A stretch of DNA of 64,000 bases from Rhodoluna sp. (GCA_026393335.1 JAPLAJ010000053.1:13521-77520), one strand, 5' to 3'; shown: positions 9,767 through 19,121, counted from the stretch's first letter. Numbers and translations are program-made. Notes: generated by a model not told the origin, from the letters alone.

Positions 9767-11379
9767 GTGAAACTCTCCAATACCTTTGAACGTCTGATGC
9801 CGTAGAGCGAGATTGCTGCAACGGTAACGAAAATCACAATAGATACGGCGCTAGCCAGACCGAAGTTTTGATTGCCACCAGTATTAAAAGCAAGGTTATA
9901 GGTATAGCTGATCAAGATATCCGTTGCACCAGCAGAATCTCCGGCGAGCGTATCCCTAGGTCCACCACCGGTCAACAAATAGATCAGGTTGAAGTTGTTG
10001 AAATTGAATGCGAAAGAGGCAATCAACAAAGGTAGGAGCATTTGCTGAAGCAGCGGGAAGGTGATCTTCCTGAAAGCTTGGCCGCCGGTAGCTCCGTCGA
10101 TTGACGCCGCTTCGGTTAGTTCTTGAGGGATGGCCTGAAGTGCACCGGTGGAAATCAGGTAGAAGTAAGGGAAACCTAGCCAAAGGTTAACTAGCAAGAC
10201 TGAAATCTTAGCTAACGTTGGTTCACCCAGCCAGTTAAAGCTAACGGGTTGGCCGACTATCAAGCTGATTAGGTTATTGACAGCTCCGAAGTCGGTGTTC
10301 AACATACCACCCCAGATCAAGATGCTCATGATGCTAGGCATGGCGTAAGGCAAAATTAGAATGCTTCGATACACCCAACGACCTCTAATTTTGTGATTGA
10401 GAGTAAGCGCGATCAACAAACCAAGAGCGTACTGGGTTATCACAGTTGTGACGGCAAAAATAATGGTCCAAATAAACACTGCTATCAAAGGTTCGCGAAC
10501 TGATGGATTGTTTACAAGATCGATGAAGTTTTCAAGGCCGATAATCTCACGCCAGCCAGGGTACTTCATGTCCGCTGGGTCCTCGGTGTTAGCGTAGTTA
10601 CCTCTACCGTTGTCCTTGTATACAGCACCGGTCTTTATATCGGTAAAAGCATCGGTCTTAGCGTCGTAGGTAATTCGAGCGGCATACACAGCCATAACGC
10701 TGTAACCTTCAGCCCGCAGGAATGTGTTTGGTTGATTGTATTTGAAACGAGTGGAAGCTGTGGTCTTGTCGAAAGTCGCATACTCGTCATCATAGAAAGG
10801 TTCCCAAGTATATTTGGCCCCCACTTTTGTTACATCTGTCGGAATGCCAAGTACGTTAAAAACAATTCTGTCTTTTGGAAGAGGGGTAAAGGTTGTAGCG
10901 GTGCTCAGGAAATATATGTCATCTGGGTAGTAGCTGACTAAAGCACAAACCTTGGCGTTAGCCACATCTTTAGCGTCACCATATTCTTCGTCACACCAAC
11001 CAAGTTTTAGATCGAATTGTTTTTCGCCTGGGACCTGAGCGAAGGCATCGCTTTTTTGCAACATCTCGAGGGCTTCTGGCTTAGAAAGGACATTGCCTGT
11101 TCGGTACTGATAGCCAGACATTGAAATCGTGTAGATGATGGGGGTTATAACAAATGTTGCCAGCAGCAATATTCCTGGCAAGAAAAATTTCATTGGAATT
11201 GAAATCTTCGTAAAGTAAACAAGGGCGATTAGGACCATCGAGATTCCGAAGAAAATACCTATTTGGACATCGCCTGCAAGCAGTGAGGCTTGCATAAGGA
11301 ATCCAAGAACTGTCAAAGTGATGGTAACCAAAATGATCTTTAAAATCACTGCGATTCTTACACCTTTTAGTAGCCTCAT
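9763..11379 (-). CDS. malF: Sugar ABC transporter permease with a large extracytoplasmic loop (MalF-like)
   Basis: The 538-aa product has the EAA loop ELTEAASIDGATGGQAFRKITFP and a roughly 200-aa soluble insertion after TM3, as in MalF. Confidence 0.85.
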   Translation of the reverse strand: MRLLKGVRIAVILKIILVTITLTVLGFLMQASLLAGDVQIGIFFGISMVLIALVYFTKISIPMKFFLPGILLLATFVITPIIYTISMSGYQYRTGNVLSKPEALEMLQKSDAFAQVPGEKQFDLKLGWCDEEYGDAKDVANAKVCALVSYYPDDIYFLSTATTFTPLPKDRIVFNVLGIPTDVTKVGAKYTWEPFYDDEYATFDKTTASTRFKYNQPNTFLRAEGYSVMAVYAARITYDAKTDAFTDIKTGAVYKDNGRGNYANTEDPADMKYPGWREIIGLENFIDLVNNPSVREPLIAVFIWTIIFAVTTVITQYALGLLIALTLNHKIRGRWVYRSILILPYAMPSIMSILIWGGMLNTDFGAVNNLISLIVGQPVSFNWLGEPTLAKISVLLVNLWLGFPYFYLISTGALQAIPQELTEAASIDGATGGQAFRKITFPLLQQMLLPLLIASFAFNFNNFNLIYLLTGGGPRDTLAGDSAGATDILISYTYNLAFNTGGNQNFGLASAVSIVIFVTVAAISLYGIRRSKVLESFT

Positions 11380-11431
11380 TGGAACTCCCTTTTCAATTTC
11401 TATGACTGTTTGAAGATTTTGGTCTATTCAA

Positions 11432-11458
11432 AGGGGCCGGCGGTAACCGCCGGCCCCT
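11432..11458 (-). other. GC-rich intercistronic hairpin between malE-like and malF-like genes
   Basis: AGGGGCCGGCGG-TAA-CCGCCGGCCCCT forms a perfect 12-bp stem 23 nt after the malE-like stop. No clear T-run follows it. Confidence 0.6.
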
Positions 11459-11480
11459 CTGAACTAGAACCAGTGTAGCT

Positions 11481-12848
11481 TTAGTTGTTCTTGCTGTTAG
11501 CAGCGTTGGCTGCCATGATGTTAGCAAACAACTGTGAAGCAACTGTTGGGTCCTTGCGCTCTGCAGCATCGCTTGAAACCAATGCTGTCCAAAGTGCTGG
11601 TAGAGCCTCCCAGTAGTTAGGGATGTTTGCACCCTTAGTTCCTGGAATCGGCTTGCCCTTAGCATCCTTTGTTGTTGAAAGGACTAGACCAGTTGTGTCT
11701 TTAGCACCACCGTTTAGGAAAGTTCCTAGCTGAGGGATAGATGCCTTAGATGCAGCAGTTCCGAAGCCCTTTAGAGCTGGAGATGCAATTGCAGCAGCAG
11801 CCTTGTTTGCTGGTGGACGCTGTTCGTACTTCTGGTAGCTCATCGCACCTGAAGCTGATCCGAAGAAGTCATTCAAGAATGACTTCGCAGCGTTGTCGTC
11901 GCCACCTGCAGCAGCAAAGCTAGTTAGTAGAGCACCTGAAACTGAACCGAAGCCAGCTCCACATGAACCTACCTTGATACCAGGAACACAAGAGAGCTTC
12001 TTCATGTCGAAGCCTTCTTTTACGTAGTCTTTCCACTCCCAGTTACCAATAACTGCATAAGGAACCTTACCGTCGATAAAGTCTTGCTTGCAGTTAGCGT
12101 CGCTGTTTGTGAAGAATCCGTTAGGAGTTCCGTCGCTGTTTAGCAGTTGAGCCTTTACGTTGTCCGAGAAGGTCTTAACTGTAAATGGAGAACCGGTTGT
12201 CTTAGCGTTACCACCTGACATAGCGTAAGGTGCACCACCTAGAGCTGAAAGGATACCTGCGGCACCCCAACTCATTCCACCACCAGCAACACAAAGACCG
12301 CGGGTTAGACCCTCTGATACCTTGTTTGCCTTGTAGTAAGCAACCATTGCGCCGAAGCTGGTTGGTACGTCAGTTAGGTCATCGTTAGTCAACATGGCCA
12401 CGTTGTTGATGTCCAATGGAACACCGTATAGCTTGCCACCGTAGCTGAGGTCACCCAACTGGTTCTTAGTGAACTGCTTAGCTGCAGATGATGACAATGT
12501 GAATTGAGCTAGCTTGCCGTCCTTAGCAAGGGTTGGAACCCAGTCATTTGCACCCAGAACGATGTCTGGACCGCTGGCTGAAGTTGCGCTGTCAATTGCT
12601 GTCTTTAGTGCATCGAATCCTGAGTAACCAACGACTTTGATCTTGTAGCCCTGAACGTATTCGCTGACAGTCTGCTCTTCAAAGGTGCCGATAGCCTTGG
12701 TCAGGTTTCCTGAACGACTTTCGTCAGCCCAGATAGTAAGAGTCTTTGGTGGAACCTTTGATCTTGCGTCAGCAGGCAATGATGCCACGCCTGTTAGTAC
12801 AAGACCAAGTGCAACAGAAGCTCCTGCTACTTTCTTGATTGTAAACAT
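11481..12848 (-). CDS. malE: Extracellular solute-binding protein (maltose/maltodextrin-type). The start is revised from 12992 to ATG 12848.
   Basis: The internal Met gives the signal peptide MFTIKKVAGASVALGLVLTGVASLPADA and is preceded by GGAGA. The longer ORF-track N-terminus has no signal peptide and overlaps the operator region. Confidence 0.85.
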   Translation of the reverse strand: MFTIKKVAGASVALGLVLTGVASLPADARSKVPPKTLTIWADESRSGNLTKAIGTFEEQTVSEYVQGYKIKVVGYSGFDALKTAIDSATSASGPDIVLGANDWVPTLAKDGKLAQFTLSSSAAKQFTKNQLGDLSYGGKLYGVPLDINNVAMLTNDDLTDVPTSFGAMVAYYKANKVSEGLTRGLCVAGGGMSWGAAGILSALGGAPYAMSGGNAKTTGSPFTVKTFSDNVKAQLLNSDGTPNGFFTNSDANCKQDFIDGKVPYAVIGNWEWKDYVKEGFDMKKLSCVPGIKVGSCGAGFGSVSGALLTSFAAAGGDDNAAKSFLNDFFGSASGAMSYQKYEQRPPANKAAAAIASPALKGFGTAASKASIPQLGTFLNGGAKDTTGLVLSTTKDAKGKPIPGTKGANIPNYWEALPALWTALVSSDAAERKDPTVASQLFANIMAANAANSKNN

Positions 12849-12927
12849 GTAATCTCCATATCGATATTGAGTTAGCACGTTTGTGCTAGTACTAATGTAG
12901 TCAAATATTCCCTGTTTCATGGCATTC

Positions 12928-12941
12928 TGAAACCGCTTACA
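12928..12941. promoter_or_regulatory. LacI/cre-type operator (imperfect palindrome)
   Basis: TGAAACCGCTTACA fits TGWAANCGNTNWCA. It lies 80 nt upstream of the revised malE-like start. Confidence 0.55.
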
Positions 12942-13080
12942 CGATAACATTCTTGTAAACAAATTAGGAGTTCTTCGGACTAGTAGCCCCAATTCATAGA
13001 GCCCTGAGACAAAATCGCCTGCTTGTCTGTTTCAGAGGCCATTCGTTCTGGCCCATTTTTGCTTTCCAAAGCGATATTCA

Positions 13081-13094
13081 TGTAATCGATTACA
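13081..13094. promoter_or_regulatory. LacI/cre-type operator (perfect palindrome)
   Basis: TGTAATCGATTACA is a perfect 14-bp palindrome that fits TGWAANCGNTNWCA. It lies 52 nt upstream of the alpha-glucosidase start. Confidence 0.65.
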
Positions 13095-13145
13095 TTTCAA
13101 TAAACAGAGCCGAATGACGAACATTAGTGGCGTATTTTTGAAGTT

Positions 13146-14873
13146 ATGGTTTCTTATACAAACGAAGTTCTTGTCCGCTCTAGAAAAGATGCTGAATGGT
13201 GGCGTAAAAGCGTTATCTATCAGATTTATCCTCGCTCCTTTGCCGACGGCAATGGCGATGGTATGGGCGATCTTCAGGGAGTAACTCAGAGACTTGAATC
13301 TCTAGCAGAGCTAGGCGTTGACGCCATCTGGTTCAGCCCATTCTTCACATCTCCCCAGAAGGATGCCGGTTACGACGTTTCCAACTACAAGGACATCGAT
13401 CCTCTTTTTGGGACCCTTGCTGACTTCGATGCTTTGGTTGCTAAGGCCAACACTCTTGGATTGAAAATCATTGTGGACCTAGTCCCAAACCACTCAAGCG
13501 ATCAACACGTCTGGTTCCAAGCAGCACTGAAGGCTGCCCCTGGTTCAGTTGAACGCAACCGTTACATCTTTAGAGATGGCAAGGGCGAGAATGGTGAACT
13601 TCCTCCTAACAACTGGGAATCTGTTTTCGGTGGCGCTGCCTGGAGTCGAATTACAGAAGCTGATGGCTCATTAGGCCAGTGGTACCTGCACATCTTTGAT
13701 TCATCCCAGCCGGATTTCAACTGGCAGAACGAAGAAGTGAGAGTTGAGTTTGATTCAGTATTGAGATTCTGGTTGGACAGAGGAGCAGCTGGCTTCCGTA
13801 TCGACGTAGCTCACGGCATGATCAAGGTTGATGGCCTACCTGATGTTGTTGCGAACAACTCAACAATGTCAGGCCAAGATTCACCTGATGCAATCAAAAC
13901 TAAAGAAACAGACGATGAGCTAATCGCTCGTCTACAAGTTGAGAATCCTTTCTGGGGTCAGAACGGTGTTCACGAAATCAACAAGAGATTCCGTGCCATC
14001 TTGGATGAGTATGACGACAGAGCAATGTGTGGTGAAGCATGGGTTCACCCACTATCAAGAATGGCCCGCTGGGTCAGACCTGGTGAATACCACCAGACAT
14101 TCAACTTCGGCTACCTAGAAACCCCTTGGGACAAAGACAAGCTACACAACGTGGTGACAGAGTCTCTAAAGGAATTCGGTGCCGTAGGCGCTCCATCAAC
14201 CTGGGTACTTTCAAACCACGATGTTATTCGTCACGCCACCAGAATGGCTTACGACCAGATCCCTAAACAAGGTGATGGCATCGGCCCTAAATATGAACAG
14301 CCTGATGAAGCTAAAGGTCTAAGAAGAGCAAGAGCAGCATCTGCTTTCATGCTAGGTCTACCTGGTGGTGCTTATATCTACCAAGGTGAAGAACTAGGTC
14401 TACCTGAGCACACCACTCTAGATAACAAGTTCCGTGAAGACCCAACCTTCTTTAGAACCAAAGGTGAGCGAGTTGGCCGTGACGGCTGCCGTGTTCCATT
14501 GCCTTGGGAAGCAGGAGCTAATGAAGCTAATGGTTTCTCAACCACAGGTAAGTCTTGGCTGCCTCAGCCATCTTCATACAAGAGATATGCCAGAAGTGAG
14601 CAAGAAGGTGCAGCTGGTTCAACCCTTGAGCTATACAAGCAGTTGCTCAAGAAGCGTAAGGCTCATGACATGGGTAACGGTGAATTCCGTTGGGCTCCTG
14701 AGTTCATGGATGAATCAACCCTTGCCTATATCAACAACGGAGTTCTAGTTCTATCAAACTTCAAAGGTGACCCAGTGGTCATTCCTGCTGGAGAGATCCT
14801 TGCAACAACTCAACACGATCTAACAATTGAAGGTGAGTTAGAGCACGACAACACAGTTTGGATAAGGTTGTAA
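13146..14873 (+). CDS. aglA: GH13 alpha-glucosidase / oligo-1,6-glucosidase family (paralog 1)
   Basis: The product contains WWRKSVIYQIYPRSFADGNGDGMGDLQG, DLVPNHSS, GFRIDVAHG, GEAW and SNHD. Confidence 0.9.
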   Translation: MVSYTNEVLVRSRKDAEWWRKSVIYQIYPRSFADGNGDGMGDLQGVTQRLESLAELGVDAIWFSPFFTSPQKDAGYDVSNYKDIDPLFGTLADFDALVAKANTLGLKIIVDLVPNHSSDQHVWFQAALKAAPGSVERNRYIFRDGKGENGELPPNNWESVFGGAAWSRITEADGSLGQWYLHIFDSSQPDFNWQNEEVRVEFDSVLRFWLDRGAAGFRIDVAHGMIKVDGLPDVVANNSTMSGQDSPDAIKTKETDDELIARLQVENPFWGQNGVHEINKRFRAILDEYDDRAMCGEAWVHPLSRMARWVRPGEYHQTFNFGYLETPWDKDKLHNVVTESLKEFGAVGAPSTWVLSNHDVIRHATRMAYDQIPKQGDGIGPKYEQPDEAKGLRRARAASAFMLGLPGGAYIYQGEELGLPEHTTLDNKFREDPTFFRTKGERVGRDGCRVPLPWEAGANEANGFSTTGKSWLPQPSSYKRYARSEQEGAAGSTLELYKQLLKKRKAHDMGNGEFRWAPEFMDESTLAYINNGVLVLSNFKGDPVVIPAGEILATTQHDLTIEGELEHDNTVWIRL

Positions 14874-14890
14874 ACAAGAAAGCGGTGAAT

Positions 14891-14928
14891 AACAGAAGTG
14901 CCCGGCAAAGTTGCCGGGCACTTCTGTT
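14891..14928. terminator. Bidirectional intrinsic terminator between convergent genes
   Basis: AACAGAAGTGCCCGGCAA-AG-TTGCCGGGCACTTCTGTT forms a perfect 18-bp stem. T-rich flanks are present on both strands. Confidence 0.8.
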
Positions 14929-14940
14929 TAACTTATCGAT

Positions 14941-17900
14941 TTACCGTAGGGACTTGACCCAAGATGCGCCAGACTTTCCTAGCTTTCGTAACTGCTCTAG
15001 TCGAACAGCTATCCAAACCATCACACCTGCAATCAAGAGCAGGATTACCCATAGGAACCAGCTCTCCCTAGCAATTGGTTGGAATGCATAAGGCAATACA
15101 CCAACAAGCACACCAACAAGGCCTGGGAAGAATAGACCACCGAGTGATCTAAGTGAACCAACTACTAACAACGTAATAGTTGCGGCCATCAGGATTCCGA
15201 ATCTCCACCAGTCCACTCGAGTAAGTGAAGAGTCTCCAATAGAGGTGAATGTTAGGAACAGAGATGGGCCTAGGGCAACAACAGATGGAATACCTAGATA
15301 CAGGTAGCTGGTGTCAGGTAGCTTGTTGATGCTTCGCAAACCACCTAGGAATAAGAACAGGAATAACGAGATACCTAGCGCTCTAATAGCAACTGTTGTT
15401 TCGTAGTCCGAACTTTGTGCAGCGCTTGCCCAAGTAATTGGAACTAGCAATAGGGAAAGTGATGCACCACCAGCGAGGGCAGTACCTAAGTTTCCATTTC
15501 TAATACCAAGCAATAGACAAGCAAGGGCAATTAGCAACACAGTAACTATTCGAATGATCTGGGTTGGGTTAGTTAGCTGAAGCGAAGTGTCTAGCGTTGT
15601 GTAGGTATAAATCACTGATGGAAGTACCAAAGTGAATATTGGTAAACCATAGGTGAAGATAGTGGACTTGAATTCCAAGACCTTCTTTAGGTTTCTATTG
15701 CCAAGAGCAATTGCACCTGCGGCACCGATACCAAACAGTTCTGGGCCATCAAGTAGATCAGGAGCTAATACCTCAACTAGTTGAGCTAATGAAAGTCCTA
15801 GACCTAGAAGACCCGCGTACTCCAAACCTGCCCAAAGCTTGCCCTGGTTCTTTGAGAATCTGAACCATGAGTAACCAGCAAGGATTGCAGTTGATGCAAC
15901 CAAGCGATAAACAGTTGAAGCATCATCAATGTTCTGAGACAAGGAGTATAGAACCGATGCTGCAACTGGTAGTAGCAGTGGCACATCCATACCCATAAGT
16001 CTCTTCAGGCCCTGAGGTGCTGCTGCATTGAATAATGTAGGCAGTGCTGCAGCTATCGCCAATGGAACTGTGTAGAGCTCAAGGTTGAACTTATCCAGGT
16101 CAATTGAGTCACGAAGTAATTGGCTTGTAGTCAAAGCAATAGTTACAGGAGCTAGGTAGCTAAGTGCAAACCAGCCGTTTGTGCTGTTTGCCTTTGCTTT
16201 GCTGGCAATCTGCAATTGTCTAAAGACAATAATTGCGAATACTGCTGAAACGAAAATCTGTCTTCCGCCAACTAGGTTTTCAGATCCATACTTCAGATTC
16301 ATGTCCTCATCGAGTGCGAAACTAGCCACTGTTGCATAGGCCAGCAACATGTAGCCAAGTCCTGCAACACGAAGTGCAATACCGGCATTTCCAGATCCAA
16401 ATTTTGCTAGCTCAGCCAAGGTTGCTGCAAGTGCTGCAACTAGAACAAGAATTAGCAATCCCCATAAGATATCTCCAGAATTACTTGGCTTAGTCCATTC
16501 TGAATAGTTGATTGCAAATGAGCTAACTGAAAGTGCAAACACACTTACCAGTGAGAAGTAGCTGGTGTATCTTCCAGCAACTCTCTTATCAACAATTCGA
16601 AGCACGTAGTTCAAAGCAAGTGCAGCAACAATCACAAGTGCTAGGTGTGCTGAGATTAGTAGGTCTTCTCGTAGCCAAGTAGCAAAGGCTACTAAGCTTG
16701 CAAGAGAGGATCCGTAAGCCAACCAAACAGAGATCTTGTTTTTGCCAATCCAAGCCATTGCATAGTTCAAAGCGGCAAGGCCCATCAAGATTGATGCTGG
16801 GTAGAGCAAGTCATCAACACTCTTGGTTGTAGCAAGCATTCCAAAGGCCAGGATGGCTTGGAAGGAGTAGCTGTATCGCAGCAATAGAGAACTTACCAAC
16901 TGCATTTTCTTCGCCAGAAGAGTTGCAGCCAGTCCAGCAACTACTGCACTTCCACCGGTTACTGCGGATAGATAAAGGCTGTCGGCTGGAGAGCTAGCGA
17001 AGTTGCTAGGCACAGTAATGACGAAAGCAACTGCCGTGGTGAGTATGTGTATGAGAATCTGGGATCCAAAGTCCAACTCTCTGCCTAACTTGCGATTCAC
17101 CAGTGCTGTTATCGGTGAATAAACAACAGCCAGGGCAATCACTGCCAAGCTAATCAGCGCATGCTCTAGAGATAGTGGGTTGTAATCACCATCTAGAACA
17201 ATCCTCACAGTTAGCAATGCCACACCTGCGAAGTGAAGAACGCTGGCAACTCGAACAGAGCTTCGAGGCACGCCCAACCAACTTTGGTAAAGCATTGAAG
17301 AAGCAAATGCAATCAGTAGCAGTGACATTCCAACAAGGAAGTCGTTAAGGTTTGTACCGTCTGCATACCAAAGAATCCAAGATCCTGCCAAAGCTACCTG
17401 GGCAGTGACTACTGCAATTGAGAATTCAGCAAATCTCTTAATATTGAATCCCACTCCGACAACTACAAACATCAGCGAGATGGTTCCGAACAGTCCAGAC
17501 CAGTAACTCTCGCTGACACCAAAGGCCAACCATGAGCCAAGAGCTAGAGAAACTGTTGTGAATGTGAATAGGTGCAGCCAATTGTTTACACGCTTGACTG
17601 AACTTTCCTCATCACTACTTACAGCAGTAAACCAAATCGACTTGGTGGCCAAGGCAAGAATTGTTACAGCTGCAAACGCAGAGAATGAAACCGGCTCAGG
17701 TGCAACACCGAATGTAAGCCCACTAGTAATAGGCCATTGGAGGGCAAAGATAGCAAATGCAGATGAGATGAAGAATGTGAGAGTCTTTAGCGCAACATTC
17801 TCACGCTTAGCAAGGTCCTTCTCGTAATCGAGATCAGGTGTGCCCTTGTCAATTGCAAACTGCATCTTGCCAATTTGCTTACTTGCCAAAGCAATTAGGA

Positions 17901-18951
17901 TACCGGTGAGACCAAGAGCTGCAGCCATCCAACCGAAAGAAGAACTTCTAAATTCAAACCTGCTTCCAAGATCTCCTATTGCATAAACTGCTCCAGCCGT
18001 AGCTAGTGCAACTATAGAAATAATCTTCCAACCAAAGTTTGCTTTGAATCTTGCCAAGACAAATGATGCAGCAGCAACAATAGAAAGATCAAGTGCCCAG
18101 AACCAAGCTGGTGCAGTTTCCCAAGTAAATGTTGGGCTTGAAATATCTCCAGTTACCAGAATTGCAAACATCAACATCGCTGAGGAGAATGTGGCCATAA
18201 AATTTGCCAACATCACTGAGAACTTTCTTCCCCAGAAAGCTAGTAGGCCAGTAACAATCGCAACACCTAGTGTTACAGCTAAGAATCCTGGCTCCTTCAA
18301 GGTGTTCAAGTTTGTTGAAACGAAAATGCTTCCAGCAATCACGATGATTGCGCTAGCACCCATAATCAACCACTGCTGAAGTGAAAGAGACTTTCTTTCT
18401 TTTCTTACCTGCTTCACTTGAGGAGCTGGTGCAGCTGCAGTTTGAGCGGATTGTGTTGCTACCACAGGTGCACCTGCGTTTGTAGCTGAAATGAGTCTTT
18501 GTCGAACAGACATCAAATCTCTTTCGATTCGAAGATAGCTATCGCTCAAGGTTTGATAATCAAGGAGGTCTCTAGTCTTGAAGGTAAACCCACAAGGACA
18601 AGTAACTGATGTCTTTCCCTTTAGATCCTCAGCATTGAAACTGTGCTGACAGACTGTGGTTGGTAGCTCTCCCCCAGATGAAGCAACTGCTGTAGGGGCA
18701 GCCACTCGAGGGGCAACCTGAGCAACTGGTGCAACAGGAATTTGAGTTTGACTTAGTGCCTGGTTCTTCTTGTTGTTCCTAATGATCAGCACTATTCCAA
18801 CAATTACGGCTCCTAGAACAAAAAGTGAGCCGCCGCCGCCGCCTCCTAGAAATAGCAGACTGAGAAGCGATGGAAGTACGATCACAGCTGCGACTATTGA
18901 GCCACAGGTGATTGCGACGATTTTGCCAGCACTGGCAGGTTGTTTGGCCAT
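14941..18951 (-). CDS. Giant polytopic membrane protein of unknown function (1336 aa)
   Basis: It is an uninterrupted ORF. The N-terminus has 2 TM helices around a G6 tract, followed by a roughly 130-aa soluble module with C-x-H...C-x-C. After that, hydrophobic helices run almost continuously to the C-terminus. No catalytic motif was recognised. Confidence 0.8.
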   Translation of the reverse strand: MAKQPASAGKIVAITCGSIVAAVIVLPSLLSLLFLGGGGGGSLFVLGAVIVGIVLIIRNNKKNQALSQTQIPVAPVAQVAPRVAAPTAVASSGGELPTTVCQHSFNAEDLKGKTSVTCPCGFTFKTRDLLDYQTLSDSYLRIERDLMSVRQRLISATNAGAPVVATQSAQTAAAPAPQVKQVRKERKSLSLQQWLIMGASAIIVIAGSIFVSTNLNTLKEPGFLAVTLGVAIVTGLLAFWGRKFSVMLANFMATFSSAMLMFAILVTGDISSPTFTWETAPAWFWALDLSIVAAASFVLARFKANFGWKIISIVALATAGAVYAIGDLGSRFEFRSSSFGWMAAALGLTGILIALASKQIGKMQFAIDKGTPDLDYEKDLAKRENVALKTLTFFISSAFAIFALQWPITSGLTFGVAPEPVSFSAFAAVTILALATKSIWFTAVSSDEESSVKRVNNWLHLFTFTTVSLALGSWLAFGVSESYWSGLFGTISLMFVVVGVGFNIKRFAEFSIAVVTAQVALAGSWILWYADGTNLNDFLVGMSLLLIAFASSMLYQSWLGVPRSSVRVASVLHFAGVALLTVRIVLDGDYNPLSLEHALISLAVIALAVVYSPITALVNRKLGRELDFGSQILIHILTTAVAFVITVPSNFASSPADSLYLSAVTGGSAVVAGLAATLLAKKMQLVSSLLLRYSYSFQAILAFGMLATTKSVDDLLYPASILMGLAALNYAMAWIGKNKISVWLAYGSSLASLVAFATWLREDLLISAHLALVIVAALALNYVLRIVDKRVAGRYTSYFSLVSVFALSVSSFAINYSEWTKPSNSGDILWGLLILVLVAALAATLAELAKFGSGNAGIALRVAGLGYMLLAYATVASFALDEDMNLKYGSENLVGGRQIFVSAVFAIIVFRQLQIASKAKANSTNGWFALSYLAPVTIALTTSQLLRDSIDLDKFNLELYTVPLAIAAALPTLFNAAAPQGLKRLMGMDVPLLLPVAASVLYSLSQNIDDASTVYRLVASTAILAGYSWFRFSKNQGKLWAGLEYAGLLGLGLSLAQLVEVLAPDLLDGPELFGIGAAGAIALGNRNLKKVLEFKSTIFTYGLPIFTLVLPSVIYTYTTLDTSLQLTNPTQIIRIVTVLLIALACLLLGIRNGNLGTALAGGASLSLLLVPITWASAAQSSDYETTVAIRALGISLFLFLFLGGLRSINKLPDTSYLYLGIPSVVALGPSLFLTFTSIGDSSLTRVDWWRFGILMAATITLLVVGSLRSLGGLFFPGLVGVLVGVLPYAFQPIARESWFLWVILLLIAGVMVWIAVRLEQLRKLGKSGASWVKSLR

Positions 18952-19024
18952 TATTTCCCCCTTTTGGAAAGTCTTATTGCCATATTAGTAACACTTAACG
19001 AAGGTCTGGAGATAAAAAGTGCTT

Positions 19025-19040
19025 GTTACTTTAATGTAAC
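19025..19040. promoter_or_regulatory. Near-perfect 16-bp palindrome in the divergent promoter region
   Basis: In GTTACTTTAATGTAAC, 7 of 8 positions pair. It lies between the giant membrane gene (start 18951) and GH13 paralog 2. Confidence 0.3.
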
Positions 19041-19121
19041 CCTATGTTCCCAAAGTGAACCAGCAGGGCTTTTCCAGTCTCTATACATTGTTTATAGAGG
19101 CATCTACTGCCTGATAACTCA

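Noticed and set aside
12849-12992. The 48-codon N-terminal extension of the malE-like ORF.
   Set aside because: The extension has no signal peptide and runs across an operator-like palindrome. The internal ATG has an SD sequence and yields a proper signal peptide.
18829-18846. The GCC/GGC triplet run as a phase-variation switch.
   Set aside because: Slippage in units of three only changes the number of glycines and cannot switch the gene off. It is mentioned only as a possible length polymorphism.
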